Part shown: piece by piece, positions 36,454 to 48,285 of the stretch
Numbering within the stretch: the first letter of the stretch is position 1
How the letters are laid out: every line of letters starts with the position of its first letter
Origin: Toensbergia leucococca
Taxonomy: Eukaryota
Length of the DNA stretch: 64,000 nt
Assembly: GCA_022813965.1 (NCBI GenBank)
Contig: JALDZS010000041.1
Location: forward strand, 62,001-126,000
Reading direction: 5' to 3'
Notes under the pieces: model-generated
The model's input: the letters and a program-made list of their open reading frames with translations, nothing else
The model's database searches: none
Told to the model about the DNA's origin: nothing
Made by a program: the position numbers and the translations under genes

Positions 36454-38181
36454 TTAGGTTTGGAAGTTTCCAAGGAAAACGACCAAGACGGCGCAGTAGC
36501 TGTGAGGGGGAGAGAGGTTTTAGCGAGTGATTTTGCGGGTTTGCACGTGTTGCGAGAATCATGAAGGACTCGGAAGAATTTGGGATGAACGCTTGGACTT
36601 GGATTTTTTTGGGTATTTTTTTGGATGGAAAATTTACATTCGTAAGAAGTTCGCCTGAAAAAGAAAGACATATGATAAAGCTCTAGACGCCCTAGCCATT
36701 ATCCCGCTAAGTGGTATCAAATTGCTGAGAAAGAACAAAACACGGTAAGGAAATACACAAAAAGTTAACCCTAGGATACAGAATTTAGGGGGTATGAATA
36801 AGTATAGGATAGAAGGTCGCAACCATCCAAAACAAAGAACACACCGCAGCTTACGAGCAAGGCATGAGAAGTAAGACCGGAAACACTTACGCAGCAGTAG
36901 CAGCGAACATCTCATGCCTTTTCGCCTTGGTGAAAACGCTCAGCGCCGCACTGAAAAACAGCGTAAACAGCAAGATCACGACAATCTTCGCAGTGGTTGC
37001 TTCTACCAAAAAGAGTACGACTGTCGGGGCCATCAAAAGTGCTACAGCCAGTATTGTCAGGGTGAGCCGCACTAGCACGTCGATGCGGTATTTGGAGTAG
37101 AGATGGACGTATGTATCATCACTCTTGAGACGCAGTTCTGGGTCAGAAAAGATTCTCTGCTTGGATGTCAGGATTGTTCATCGAACGCCAATGGTAAATA
37201 TCAGATAAATTACCTTTGAGATTCCATGTGGCAAGCAGGTAAGCATGTCCTCAACAAATCCATCAAACCATCCGAGCTCTTCCCCATCAGCTAACGCCAC
37301 GAAATCTTCTTTGTGCTTTATAAATTCCGTCTCTTTGATGGTAAGCGGTTTCTGATCCAGGATCCAGCCTGTAAAGCTATTGTAATTCCGCGTCGATGCT
37401 TCTTTCAGCGAAACTAGCGACTTCATCCGCATTACCAAATCATCTAGAGCTCTTAGCCCGAATATTCCTCAGATCGAACACCAGCCGGGAACATACCATA
37501 TTCCTTCAGTTTATCATCTATTATTTGAATTAATGACTTCCTCGATGGTTGCTCCGGCCGCTGGTCGTCGCGGTCCCTTGACTTTAAAGCTAGAGGATCG
37601 AGATCAACGTCCTCTTCATCCATGAGAACGAGCTGTCTCTCAAGCGAGGCGAGCTCATCCTGCCGATATAACATGACTCTGGTGTGTAAAAAGCCAAAAC
37701 GACGACACATAAGAAAATTCTCATCGCTGTTAACGAAGGCGGCTAATTGGGGATATCCCTCGGGATGGTCGTCAACTATCGTAATATCAGCATTCTGATA
37801 CGTATCGGGGAGCTCGTATGCTTGAGATGTACTTCGTTGGACTAGCTTTTCTCGCCCATCACTTTTTCGCCCTCGCCAGGGGATGTGTGGTAAGGCGTTT
37901 GAAAAGCGTGCTTTACTCAACAAGCCCGAGACGCGGCTGTGTAAAGTCTCTTTCGAAGGTCCTAGTCTTGTCAGATGAAGACCCCACAAGCTACTCGTTG
38001 AGTTTGCCGGACCTTCTATTAATTCGGTCGCTCCGTTATCCGCTTTCTTTTCATCATAATTCTGCTGTTGTACAGGCAAATTTCCAAAATCAATTATGAA
38101 ATCTCCATTCTGTGAGATGGTGTTGGTAGGAGAAGTGGGAGCAGTTGACGGAGGAGTGAGTGGAGGTGGAGGTACCGTCAT
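36454..38181 (-). CDS. DUF6594-type membrane protein (3 C-terminal TM helices), multi-exon
   Basis: GYPQLAAFVNSDENFLMCRRFGFLHTRVMLYRQDELASLE, EDFVAL, KRHEMFAATAA|YCAVLVVFLGNFQT*. Last intron 36500-36890. Confidence 0.85.
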
Positions 38182-38569
38182 AGAGACGGTAGATGGTGGA
38201 ATATTTTAAACAAGGGCTAGGGCTATCATAAAGTCGTTAAAACGCACAAGCAAATTGTAAAATAATCTTGCCAGGCAGCAATAGGGAATGGGACCGGTGA
38301 GAATGGCCAGATCAACAGCTTAACTATCCAAGTTGGATATAGAAAACGCCTAAATTTACGAGGCAGATTTGCACTGCCACCCACATTTGATCCCGGTTAG
38401 GGTGACGCCCCGCATCCAGCTCGTGCGCCGCCTAAATTAATGGCCCAGATCTTACGGAGTACTCCGTACACGAGAAATGAAACCGTGGTACTCTAGCTCT
38501 CTAGCAAACAATGAAAGTCCTCCCCAATAAGTCCTTCCCGGCGCTATCATCTAGGCATCCATCGAATCG

Positions 38570-38965
38570 CTAGTTCGCATTGGTCGTCAGGCTGGCCTCC
38601 TGATAAATCCTCGCTCTTTTCTCGCCAGTGATCGGATCCTTGAGCTTGTACTGTCCGCCTCCCAGCACTTCGTCGATCTGAAATGGCCCCCCTTTGGCTC
38701 TACCGCCAATCACATAGACTGTTGCGTTCTTGACATATTCAACCGGAAACTGGTACAGAGCGTATGAGAAACAAGCTGAAGTTGGACTACCAACAAGACC
38801 GAGACAACTTACCGCTTTCACCAGCTCGTCTGGCTTGTTGACGTAGTGGGATCGAGTGCTGCGACCTGACACTGTCTCGTCGGGTGGGTGAGACTCGTTT
38901 CTGGATTTAGGCCTCTCTGGCTTAGCCGCATCAGGATTGCCTTCTGCCGTGTCTGGAATAAACAT
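38570..38965 (-). CDS. Small hypothetical protein (about 110 aa after a 63-nt intron), SH3/Tudor-like C-terminus suggested
   Basis: In-frame gtaagt...cag intron; C-terminal V.V......GPFQIDEVLGGGQYKLKD....IYQEASL beta-rich pattern. Confidence 0.55.
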   Translation of the reverse strand: MFIPDTAEGNPDAAKPERPKSRNESHPPDETVSGRSTRSHYVNKPDELVKAVSCLGLVGSPTSACFSYALYQFPVEYVKNATVYVIGGRAKGGPFQIDEVLGGGQYKLKDPITGEKRARIYQEASLTTNAN

Positions 38966-39508
38966 TTTGGTGTGGAAATTGAGGAGATCAGGGATCAGGC
39001 TATGAGTATGTCTAGAGACTTGAATTTGCGGGTATGACTATTAGAGATGGCATGGCAAGGCTGCCGAAGTTATACTTGTCGCACAATTTATCGCGACCGT
39101 GGGTCAGGCAAAAATATTAAGGCAAAAAGCTCCTCCCGGGGCCATGCTGTTAGTGACATGTGTTCATGCATGCATTTCGCCATTGCGGCTGCTGGCGCTG
39201 CCTCCCATCTGCGACAATTCAGGGAAACGCCCTTTGCCGATCCAAGGTATAATATATCGCTCTGACACGTCCATGCACATACACCCATACCTCTCAAGGC
39301 TCTCCAAAAGAAATATAGAAATCAGCCCAAGTTGGACGCCCTGAGAAGGCCTCGAGATAAGCCTGATCGCACCTATCTCTATCCATACCACATTACCTGG
39401 AGATCCAAAAGCCAGACGTCTATATACAAATCCAATGGTATCTATCAAAAAGCCAACCGTCACCTGCAAAAACGCCCGTCAATCCATTACTACCCCTGAA
39501 GGTATTTA

Positions 39509-41205
39509 TTAGTCCTTTGAACCCACAAAGAGCGAAACAAGCCCTAGAAGCATCATGAGACACATTACTCCATCCAATATCTCATGCCTATGTACATCCT
39601 TTTGCCAAACGATAGGAAGAACTGACATCCTAGAAGTCTCGACTCGTTCTTTGGGCGAGGCTGTCGAATTAATCAACCCATTTGAACATTGACCGTTGTT
39701 TTGGGTCTTCGATACCTCAGAGCCACTACTAGCACGCCGAGGGACTAGCTTGGACACAAGAGTATGACGGCCCGGGAAATCAAGCTTGTAATCCATCGAG
39801 AAAAGTCGGTTGGACAGAAACTTCGTCTCTGGACCCTGCTCCGCTGCTGCAGGCGGCCAAGTGGGAGATTTGGTTTTAGGCTTTGGGGCTGAGGGGTAAA
39901 CTGCGCTGCTCCAATCATAGATTGCACGGTCCTTCTGATTGAGAAGGAGCTTGACGAGACTTTGAGAATGTGGAGTGTCCTCTTTTTGCTTTGCTAATAC
40001 CTTTCGTAGACTGAGCCTCGCATGTAGCTTTCTGATTAGAGGCCTCAGTCGTTGGACTTGTATCATGGATTGCATAAACTTCTCGATCTGTCGCTTTGGG
40101 GCGTACAATCTCTCGAATCGGACTTGCTCAACGTGTGGCAGATAGGAAAGTGCCTGTGCTAGCTCATTCATCATAACATGCGAAGGCTCCTGATGAAGTC
40201 GTAGCGTAAGGTTGAGATACCTCCCCCCTTCGTCAGTCTTTACTATGTCCTGCGGATTGGGGACCTGGGGCCGAAGCCAAATCTTGCCGTAATTATGCCG
40301 TGCCTGGTCGAATAGAAACGGTTTGGTCTTCGATTGTACCTTGTGGTACAATTCACGATAGAGCTGTGACGTGCAGAATCCGGTAGGACTTGACTCCAAA
40401 AGCCTCTCTATTACATCCTTGAGCGTCTTCGTAAAGGAGCCGGGCATCTTGGGCGCAGGTACTTTTTCTCCGCCGCCAGCTGATGTGAGTAACTCGAATT
40501 TCCGTTTGCCAATCTCATTGGGATGGAAGGCTTTTGCTGCATAGCAACAATCAACAATAAGGAATTGATCGCATGCAGGAAGTCGTAAACAGTAACGAAT
40601 ATCCTCAAAGAAAACAGTTGGATCTCCGTCACCGTCAGGTTCAAATTTACTAAAATCCGAGGCTGGTCAGCTTGAGCACCTTGATGATTTGAGATATTAT
40701 ACTGACGCCGCAAGCTTTAGATCGCCGGTTTCGGTTCCGAGATAACCATGACCGCCGTAGTATATAATAGCTAGGCAATCTGGGCTATCATATTCACAGA
40801 CGAAATCAGCGACGCGTTTGTGAAGAGTAGTCTGCCATTTCTCTTCCGGTATTTCAAAGTAATCTGTTTCGAAATGGAACTGCTTGGCGAAGATGTCTCT
40901 CAGATGATCGACCTGTAGACTTGCAGCTTTAGTTTGCAGTCCATTCTTCGACGGGAGAGCTGGCTCGACTTTCTCACCTCAGTGGCTTTGCATTGCAGGT
41001 CATCCTTCTTCCATGTGAGGAACAATGCGCCAACCTTCTTGTATCCTGTCTTTCCATGACGGTAGTGGCCGGCAATGGTCTTATCAAAGGTGATTGAAAG
41101 GTCGTCTACTTGGTCACCAGCATCGGACCTCGTAGGAGGTTGAGAAGTGGATGGGTGCGGTGGAGTTTCAAAATGCAGATCGAATGTGGCCTTCGGTATC
41201 GACAT
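39509..41205 (-). CDS. Caspase-like (clan CD, peptidase C14-like) protease with C-terminal TM helix, 3 exons
   Basis: Introns 40913-40977 and 40650-40706 give YKKVGALFLTWKKDDL...EV..LRDIF...IIYYGGHG...FLIVDCCYA...GSFT; ends ILDGVMCLMMLLGLVSLFVGSKD*. Confidence 0.85.
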
Positions 41206-42082
41206 GGCGTCTGCGCATACTCAATGGAAGGTATGGTAAGATGATTAACAAATCGGTGGCCATATATATACTGTCTGGTTGCGATGTCAGCAGTCGTGTT
41301 TACTTAGTCGATTGGTAAAACATACCTTCAAATGACATGAAACACCAGCTCAGCCCCAGATTGATGCAACGATGATTGTGTGCAAGCACAGATGTACCTG
41401 CAAATAATGAATTGCACGCAATAGACATGGACAATAGTCACCGTGTGGGTGAGGGCGGCACAGCCACTTGCCGTATGCCGGAACATAGATGAAAATAGCA
41501 TTTAATGGCGCGTGGGTGGGGGAATGCTGCGGCCGACGGAAACTTAAGCCTCAATAGAATATTGACGGAAGCTGGATGACCTGCATCTTAGGTATGAAAT
41601 GAGAAGAACCACCACGTGATAAGCCAACAAATTTCACTGTTAAACTCGTTTACAGTGTAGAACAGATGATCCGTAGGTACTCCGTACCAATGTAGAAATA
41701 AGGCCCCACTATTCCCGCATAATCCAGCATTGTGCTAGCATTGATCCGCTTGTGGCTAGGTACAAAGCTGTTATCATTCTTGTCTCACAAGCACTCTCCT
41801 GATAGATGTGTACTGCTGATTTTCGACTTAAGGGCTTGACATTCTGATTGGGTCTTACTAATGGGGTTTGCAGCCAATTAGATAACGTTGTTCCTTTCAC
41901 TTTGCTGACGTTACAATTGAGATCTAATGAGTAAATATGAACATCAAATTGTCAACGTCCTCAAACTCCGCTCTCTCAACCTCGAAGGTGTGTCGAGCCC
42001 CAAAACAAGACATCAGATTAAAATGCAGCGGTGTGAGTAGGGTCGGAAACACCAAGCATCGCCCAAGTCTCTCATACTACTT

Positions 42083-43168
42083 ATGGCTCCCCAACCCAAC
42101 AAGCATCGTAACTCCTCTACCCCCTACATCTCATCTGAACTTTATCATCCTATGCCGCGCCGTCTCTTCCAAAGTATCAAACGGCGACTCCATCGCTTCG
42201 GAAACAAACGGCCATTTCCACTACCATTGCCACAAACGCTTGCTCGATCACCATCACCGCCCATGTCCGAAGACCAGATAAGACGGTCCAAGAGAGCCAA
42301 GGATCAGTCGCAGTCTTCTTTTTTTAGGAGGCTGCCGTTAGAAATAAGGAGATTAATTTACACTGAGGTGCTCGGCTTAGGAATGGTTCATATGCGGAGC
42401 TGGGAGAGAAGCTTGTGGCTACGAAGGGGCAAAAAGTCGTTCGCCATGGACACCAGCCACGAACGCAATGTCCCAGCCTGGGAAAGGACAGACGAGGAAG
42501 ATCAAGGCGAACATTGGCCTGGTCTGGGTACCAATGTGTCAATACTGCCGTTTCTCCAGACTTGCCGCCAAGTGTGAGTATTTTATTTCTATTCCGCCCT
42601 GAGTCATGAGAATTGCATTGATAGCAACAGGTATGCCGAAGCAGTAGATATTCTCTACTCTCAGAACGTTTTTGCCCTTTCCGCAGTGGATCAGAATCCT
42701 GGTGTCTTCCCTCCCATTCTACCACATCGTCTAAAGGCAATTCACTCCCTTTTAGTCGAGTGGCATTTTCGGCCCTCCGATTTCGAAGACCCTATTTTGC
42801 TACCTGATTCCACCCATGAGATAGCGATCTCTCCCATCTCGTCGCCGAATTCTTCCATCTCCTCTTCCACTTGGTCTGATCTATATATTCCTTCTTACCA
42901 TGGGTCAACCAATCCGTTTTCTTTCGCTGAGGCACCATGGAAAGCAGCCTGGCGAGCCATCAGTGAAATGCAGGGGCTCAAGAGCATCAGAGTCAAAATT
43001 TCGGGCAATCCATGGGAGCAAGCTCCGAGTGAAAAGAGAGTCTTTGGCCCACTGAGGAGGGTGAAGGGAATCGAGAATTTCGAAGTTGAATGGCCATGGC
43101 CGGTGAGTGAGGGAATGATGCAGATGGCAGACTTGCCATTTCAAATTTTCCATGTTCCGAATGCGTAG
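42083..43168 (+). CDS. Fungal F-box-like (LPxEIR...L.TCRQ.Y.EA) hypothetical protein, 2 exons
   Basis: SFFRRLPLEIRRLIYTEVLG...LPFLQTCRQV|YAEAVDILYSQNVF. Intron 42574-42630. Start codon uncertain. Confidence 0.75.
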
Positions 43169-44406
43169 GATATAATTTTCGTGCCTACTTCCTCAATCCT
43201 TCCCAAAGGTCCTGATCTCCCTAATTTTTTAAGCAGGCGGCTCACCGTCTCAAGGCTGAAGCAATATGATTATGCCGACTCCACTCGTCCCCATTTGGCA
43301 GAAGTGACTTAGTTCTAGCGGGTCCTTCTCGATTTGGCACAAGCTTGTTCACGTTCAACGGATCGTTGGTGCCTGAGAGCCCAGCCAGTATTAATATAGA
43401 CTGTTGATTACCTTGTAGGCCTGCTCCAATAGCGGTAGTGTTGACAGCATCATCGTTGAAAGATACGGGTATATGTGAAGCGAAAGCAAAGTCATCTGAA
43501 GCGTATATGTCTGATTCTAATGGCTCACCAGTACCTGAGCTCTCTTCAGTGCGTGAGCTTCCGGAGAGACTGCCTTGGCTAGCAAATTGTATAATTATGG
43601 CCAACTTGGCCGGGATCCAATTCTGTTCAGCGAGTGGTTCTGAGTGGTGGAACTGGCGTATCCTTCAATGAACAGGTGTGCTCCACCTCCAAAGATGCCG
43701 CAGCTATGTGTTGTTTTTAATATCTGCCTTGGTAGATCACTAACATCAAGACAGGTCAGCAGAGAACAGACGATTTTTTGGATCACTCACCATCTCGAAT
43801 CTGGTCTCATGAAGCACAGATCTCTTTGAAAATTCTCTCTCAACATACTCTCTTATTTTCACTGTTTCTAAATTTCTCCTCAAAATTCAGTCATACATCA
43901 CATTCAATTTTAAAATTCATAAGAAAATTGTCTGTACCACGGCATCTCTCCTACTTTCCTCATTACACCGAATACATGGCGTAAGAATTCTTGGACTGGA
44001 TGCTCGCCTCTAACGCCATCGTTCGAAGTCACGTATGTTCTGTGACGATTTTTCTCCCCAAGTCTATACTGATGGGATCATACTTTATTTGGAACCTTCT
44101 CTGTGCGTACATGCTGTGATTCTTCTCAGCCCGTTCAGAGACAATTTGTCCTCAAAATTCTCAGTAGTTCTCTTACTGTCAACCACGTTCATTATTTCTG
44201 GGAGCACTTTTCAAAGCATAGGCTTTCGTCTGGATATTTCTGCGAACAAGCGTACCTGATGGCCAAGTTCATAAGGCAAAGATGTAGCTTCTTCTCTGTT
44301 GAGTCTAGTCGTCAGCGGAGTGAGGGGATTTTGGCACGTTATGCTTTGGATGGCAGATCTGATTATAGAGGTAAAGTGGAGTGGAGCGATATTGGTATAT
44401 GGTGTC

Positions 44407-44494
44407 GGAACAGGGCGCTTTCTGATGATGTTGTATCTTGTTGCTTCATATTGAAGATTTTGCGTTACAACATCATCAGAAAGCACCCTGTTCC
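44407..44494. repeat. 29-bp-arm inverted repeat (1 mismatch) with 30-nt spacer; hairpin-RNA candidate
   Basis: GGAACAGGGCGCTTTCTGATGATGTTGTA (44407-44435) versus TACAACATCATCAGAAAGCACCCTGTTCC (44466-44494). Confidence 0.9.
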
Positions 44495-44965
44495 AAATCA
44501 TACGAGCACGCTCAAGTCTCTTTGTTCGCAGGACTACTCTACCTATCCTAAAGCCAGTCTCCACTACTACGAATAACCCTAGTACTGAAACCCCATCTAT
44601 GCCATCTCAATAACAAAACACAACCAATCTAATCATCATCAAGCTTCCGCTAACATTTTAAAACTCTAGCTCTATCGCAGGAAGACTAAAGCTTCAAAGA
44701 CCCCCAAGTCGAACTTTCTACGCCTGGACGACTCGGCTTCTTTTATCGGCAGTCGAGCGAACGTGGTATTATGGTTCGCTGGCCGGAAAAAGGGGCGCTT
44801 GTTTCTTGGTTTCCAGAGGTGATGAGTTGGAGGTGAGTGGGAGGATGGGGCTTCTTGAGGAAACATTGGGAGGGGGGGTTAGGTTCGTGGTTGAGGGATA
44901 AGGGGGGTTTGGCGTTCATACATAGCATGAAATGGCGATTGCAGCAAGACCCAGGAAAGCAGCAA

Positions 44966-46147
44966 TTAATTACCAGCCAGACTGGCATACATCACATCTT
45001 CCCGCCCAGGCGGCGGTGCGATAACCTCCATCTCATCCCTATTTCCCCTCACAGGCGCATCATCCCTGCTTCCCCCACCCGTCGCCCCACCCCCACCAGC
45101 AGCAGCAGCAGCATCAGCAATAGCTCTCGCCGTATCCCTCCCCTGCCTCGCACTATCCATCCTCTCCTCCCTCTCCATATTATCCAGCGGCCTCGGCCGC
45201 CCCCACTGCACCCTCAACGGACATCCCGCAATGACCGCCTTCCCTTGACACGCCTCCGCAGCGGCCTCGGCGCTCTCGCGCGCGACGTAGTTGATGAAGG
45301 CGCAGTGGGAGCGGTGCGAGCAGATGACGGAGCGGAGGGTGCCGAAGGGAGTGAAGAAGGTGCGGAGGGCGTGTTCGGGGAGGTCGTCCTCGACGCCTGT
45401 GATGAAGAGGGAGGTTATGTGCGGGTCGCGCGGGGGAAGGATGTCTTGGGGTCCTGGGGGGAGTTGGGCTGTGCTGGGGAAAGCGCGGCCGCCACCTCGT
45501 GAGCCACCGCGAGCGCCGCGAGATGATGGGCCGCCCCTTGCTCCGGAAAATCCACCGCGACCTCCTCTGCTGTCGTGAGTTCGGATTGGGCCTGGGGCTG
45601 CTGCGATTCTTTTCTGCGCCTCTCCTTCATCCCTGGGTTGATCTCTGCTGCCTTCGGTTGCCTCCAGTCGTCTCTGGCGCTTGTAGTAAGGTTCGCTGTT
45701 AGCTAGCCGCCTCAGCAGCTCCCGCGCCTTCTCGTCCGTCTTCTCATACTCCTCCACGCCGCCTCTTCCCTCTTCGATCTCGCGCTCATGCTCCTGTGCA
45801 TAATACTCGCGGTTGATGCTGCTTTCCGGCCCCGGCGCCACCATCTTGAGCGCCGCATCTCTCACCACGATCGGTAGGCCAAAGGATAGATCCAGCATGC
45901 AGCACTGGCAGCAATTTTTCAGGCGCGCGCAGGTAAGGCAGATGTTTGTGCGTTTGGTGCGGGCGGTGCGGTCGGCTTTCCAGGAGAAGACGGTGAAGGG
46001 GCGGGTGCAGATTTTGCATTCGGCGGCGTGGTCGGATTTGAGCATTTGGACGTAGGGATTGTCTGGGAGGCAGTTTTCGCACACGCTGGGAAAATCGGTG
46101 GTTTCCCATCCTGAACGGTTGAGATCTTGTTTGATTTGGGGAGGCAT
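44966..46147 (-). CDS. SLT11: Pre-mRNA splicing factor Slt11/Ecm2 (RBM22), intronless
   Basis: WETTDFPSVCENCLPDNPYVQM, ECKICTRPFTVF, CARLKNCCQCCMLDLSFGLP; RRM ITSLFITGV...CAFINY. Confidence 0.95.
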   Translation of the reverse strand: MPPQIKQDLNRSGWETTDFPSVCENCLPDNPYVQMLKSDHAAECKICTRPFTVFSWKADRTARTKRTNICLTCARLKNCCQCCMLDLSFGLPIVVRDAALKMVAPGPESSINREYYAQEHEREIEEGRGGVEEYEKTDEKARELLRRLANSEPYYKRQRRLEATEGSRDQPRDEGEAQKRIAAAPGPIRTHDSRGGRGGFSGARGGPSSRGARGGSRGGGRAFPSTAQLPPGPQDILPPRDPHITSLFITGVEDDLPEHALRTFFTPFGTLRSVICSHRSHCAFINYVARESAEAAAEACQGKAVIAGCPLRVQWGRPRPLDNMEREERMDSARQGRDTARAIADAAAAAGGGGATGGGSRDDAPVRGNRDEMEVIAPPPGREDVMYASLAGN

Positions 46148-46499
46148 GGTGTTGGTCGACAAGGGGGAGGATCTGGTCTTGAGCGGATAGAGGTAGTTCT
46201 CTGTTAGTATTCACAAAGGAATACCTAGTTGAAGTGACGGAGAGGAGCTGCTTGGTGAGATATGAATGTATTGTAGCTCGGCGTTGCAGAAGTGGCTCAC
46301 AAATCAAAGCACGGAGAAGCTTGTCACCGAGTCACCGAAGCTAATCTAGCGCCTTCTCAACCCCCCTGCGACTGCGCCCCTAGCTCCAAATACCCCCTGT
46401 TTACAATTCAAATCTTGATCACAATTTCCATTACTCTACATCACCAGCACTCAACCTCCCTTCCCATTCCCTCCCTTTCCTTGAATCAATCAACCCACC

Positions 46500-47852
46500 A
46501 TGTCTCCTATCGCGCTCGAAACCGAAGACCACACCCGCGACGCCGCTTTCAACACGGCTCTGCATGGCAAATCCGCCAGCGAGCAAGCCGGCTTCCGCGC
46601 CATGCTGAAAAAAGACCCATTGGCTCAAAAGGCAGCCGTGGACGAGTACTTCAAGCATTGGGACAACAAGAGCGCTGGAACAGAGACCCAGGAAGTTCGA
46701 GAGGTGCGTTTTTTCCTGTGAAAAGGGTGTGAGTTGACGAGAGAGATGGGGGGAAAGGAGGGGGGCTAACAATTGGTGGCGAGGACATAGACAAGGAAAG
46801 CAGAATATGCTACGCTTACGAGGCAGTATGGCTTTGGTCACCGCTTGTGTGTTTGTGGTTGCGACGGAATGCTGATGCGATTGCGCCAGTTACTACAATC
46901 TGGCGACGGACCTCTACGAGTACGGCTGGGGCAGTTCCTTCCATTTCTGCCGCTTTGCGTACGGCGAGGGCTTCTACCAAGCCATGGCTCGGCATGAGCA
47001 TTACCTGGCACACATGATGGGTCTCCGGGATGGCATGAAAGTTCTCGATGTAGGGTGCGGTGTTGGTGGACCGGCGAGAGAGATTGCCAAGTTCTCTGGC
47101 GTCAATATAATTGGGTTGAACAACAACGATTATCAGATTGAGCGGGCTGCGAAATATGCCGCCAAGGAGGGTCTATCACATCAACTGAGTTTCACAAAAG
47201 GGGATTTCATGGTAGCTTTCTTTGATAATCTGTACAGAGTAAGGCGCAAATCCTGACCTAAGAGCAGCAAATGTCCTTCCCCGCCAACTCATTCGACGCT
47301 GTGTACGCCATCGAAGCCACCGTCCACGCTCCCTCCCTCGAAGGCGTCTACTCCCAAATTTTTCGAGTTCTCAAACCCGGCGGCGTCTTCGGCGTCTACG
47401 AATGGCTCATGACCGACAACTATGATAACGACAACCCCCATCACCGCGAAATCCGCCTCGAAATCGAACAAGGTGATGGCATCTCGAACATGGTCAAAAT
47501 CTCCGAGGGTCTGCAAGCAATCAAAGACGCTGGCTTTGAGCTTGAAATGCACGAGAACCTAGCAGATCGACAGGACCCCAAGCCGTGGTATTATCCGTTG
47601 GATGGCGATCTGACCATGGCAGGCAGTCTGGGCGATCTGGTAACGATAGCTCGAATGACCAAGCTTGGGAGAATGATTGCTCATAATTTAATCGGAGGCT
47701 TGGAGACTATCGGACTTGCTCCCAAAGGAACGAGAAAGACGGCAGATAGTCTTGGACGTGCGGCAAATGCTTTGGTGGCGGGTGGGAAGGAAAGATTGTT
47801 CACGCCGATGTATCTGATGGTAGCGAGGAAACCTGCGTCGTCGACCTCTTGA
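46500..47852 (+). CDS. ERG6: Sterol C24-methyltransferase, 4 exons
   Basis: [51 protein letters not shown]. Confidence 0.97.
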
Positions 47853-48285
47853 TTGTCCCAAACTCGAAAGGATGTAATTTAAGTGAAAAGGGCATTGGAA
47901 TTTGCTTGTATAGATACATCTGCTGTACGCTTGGAAGCTACGTACGTAGGCTTCTCATAAATCGTCTAATAGGAAATCAGAGAGAGAGATCAATTACTTC
48001 TGTGTCATTCGCCGTTGTAATAGACGGCCTGTTGAGTACGATTGCTCTTGGCCTATCAGTTCGAATGTCCTGGCTGTCTTCGTGCGACGGTCTATGTTTG
48101 GAACAGACCGTTTACATCGTGATTCTTTGGGAGTGCTAGTGGTGTAACTCATGTCATCTCCTCTAATGCGGTTTTGACTTGGTACCTGAAGAGAATGCAT
48201 GACGCTCAGCACGATGACTTAGTTCGATCAGGCCTGACCACATGTGCCCCAATCCCAGCCCATCTTTCAAGTCAAACATCTTGCA

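Noticed and set aside
43242..44300. Possible minus-strand pseudogene (splice-like signals, stop-riddled frames, AT-rich 43800-43935)
   Set aside because: I could not identify a homologous protein or choose a frame, so it is too weak to call.
46323..46338. GTCACCGA direct repeat in the SLT11/ERG6 divergent promoter as a sterol response element
   Set aside because: Does not clearly match an SREBP or Upc2 consensus I can vouch for.
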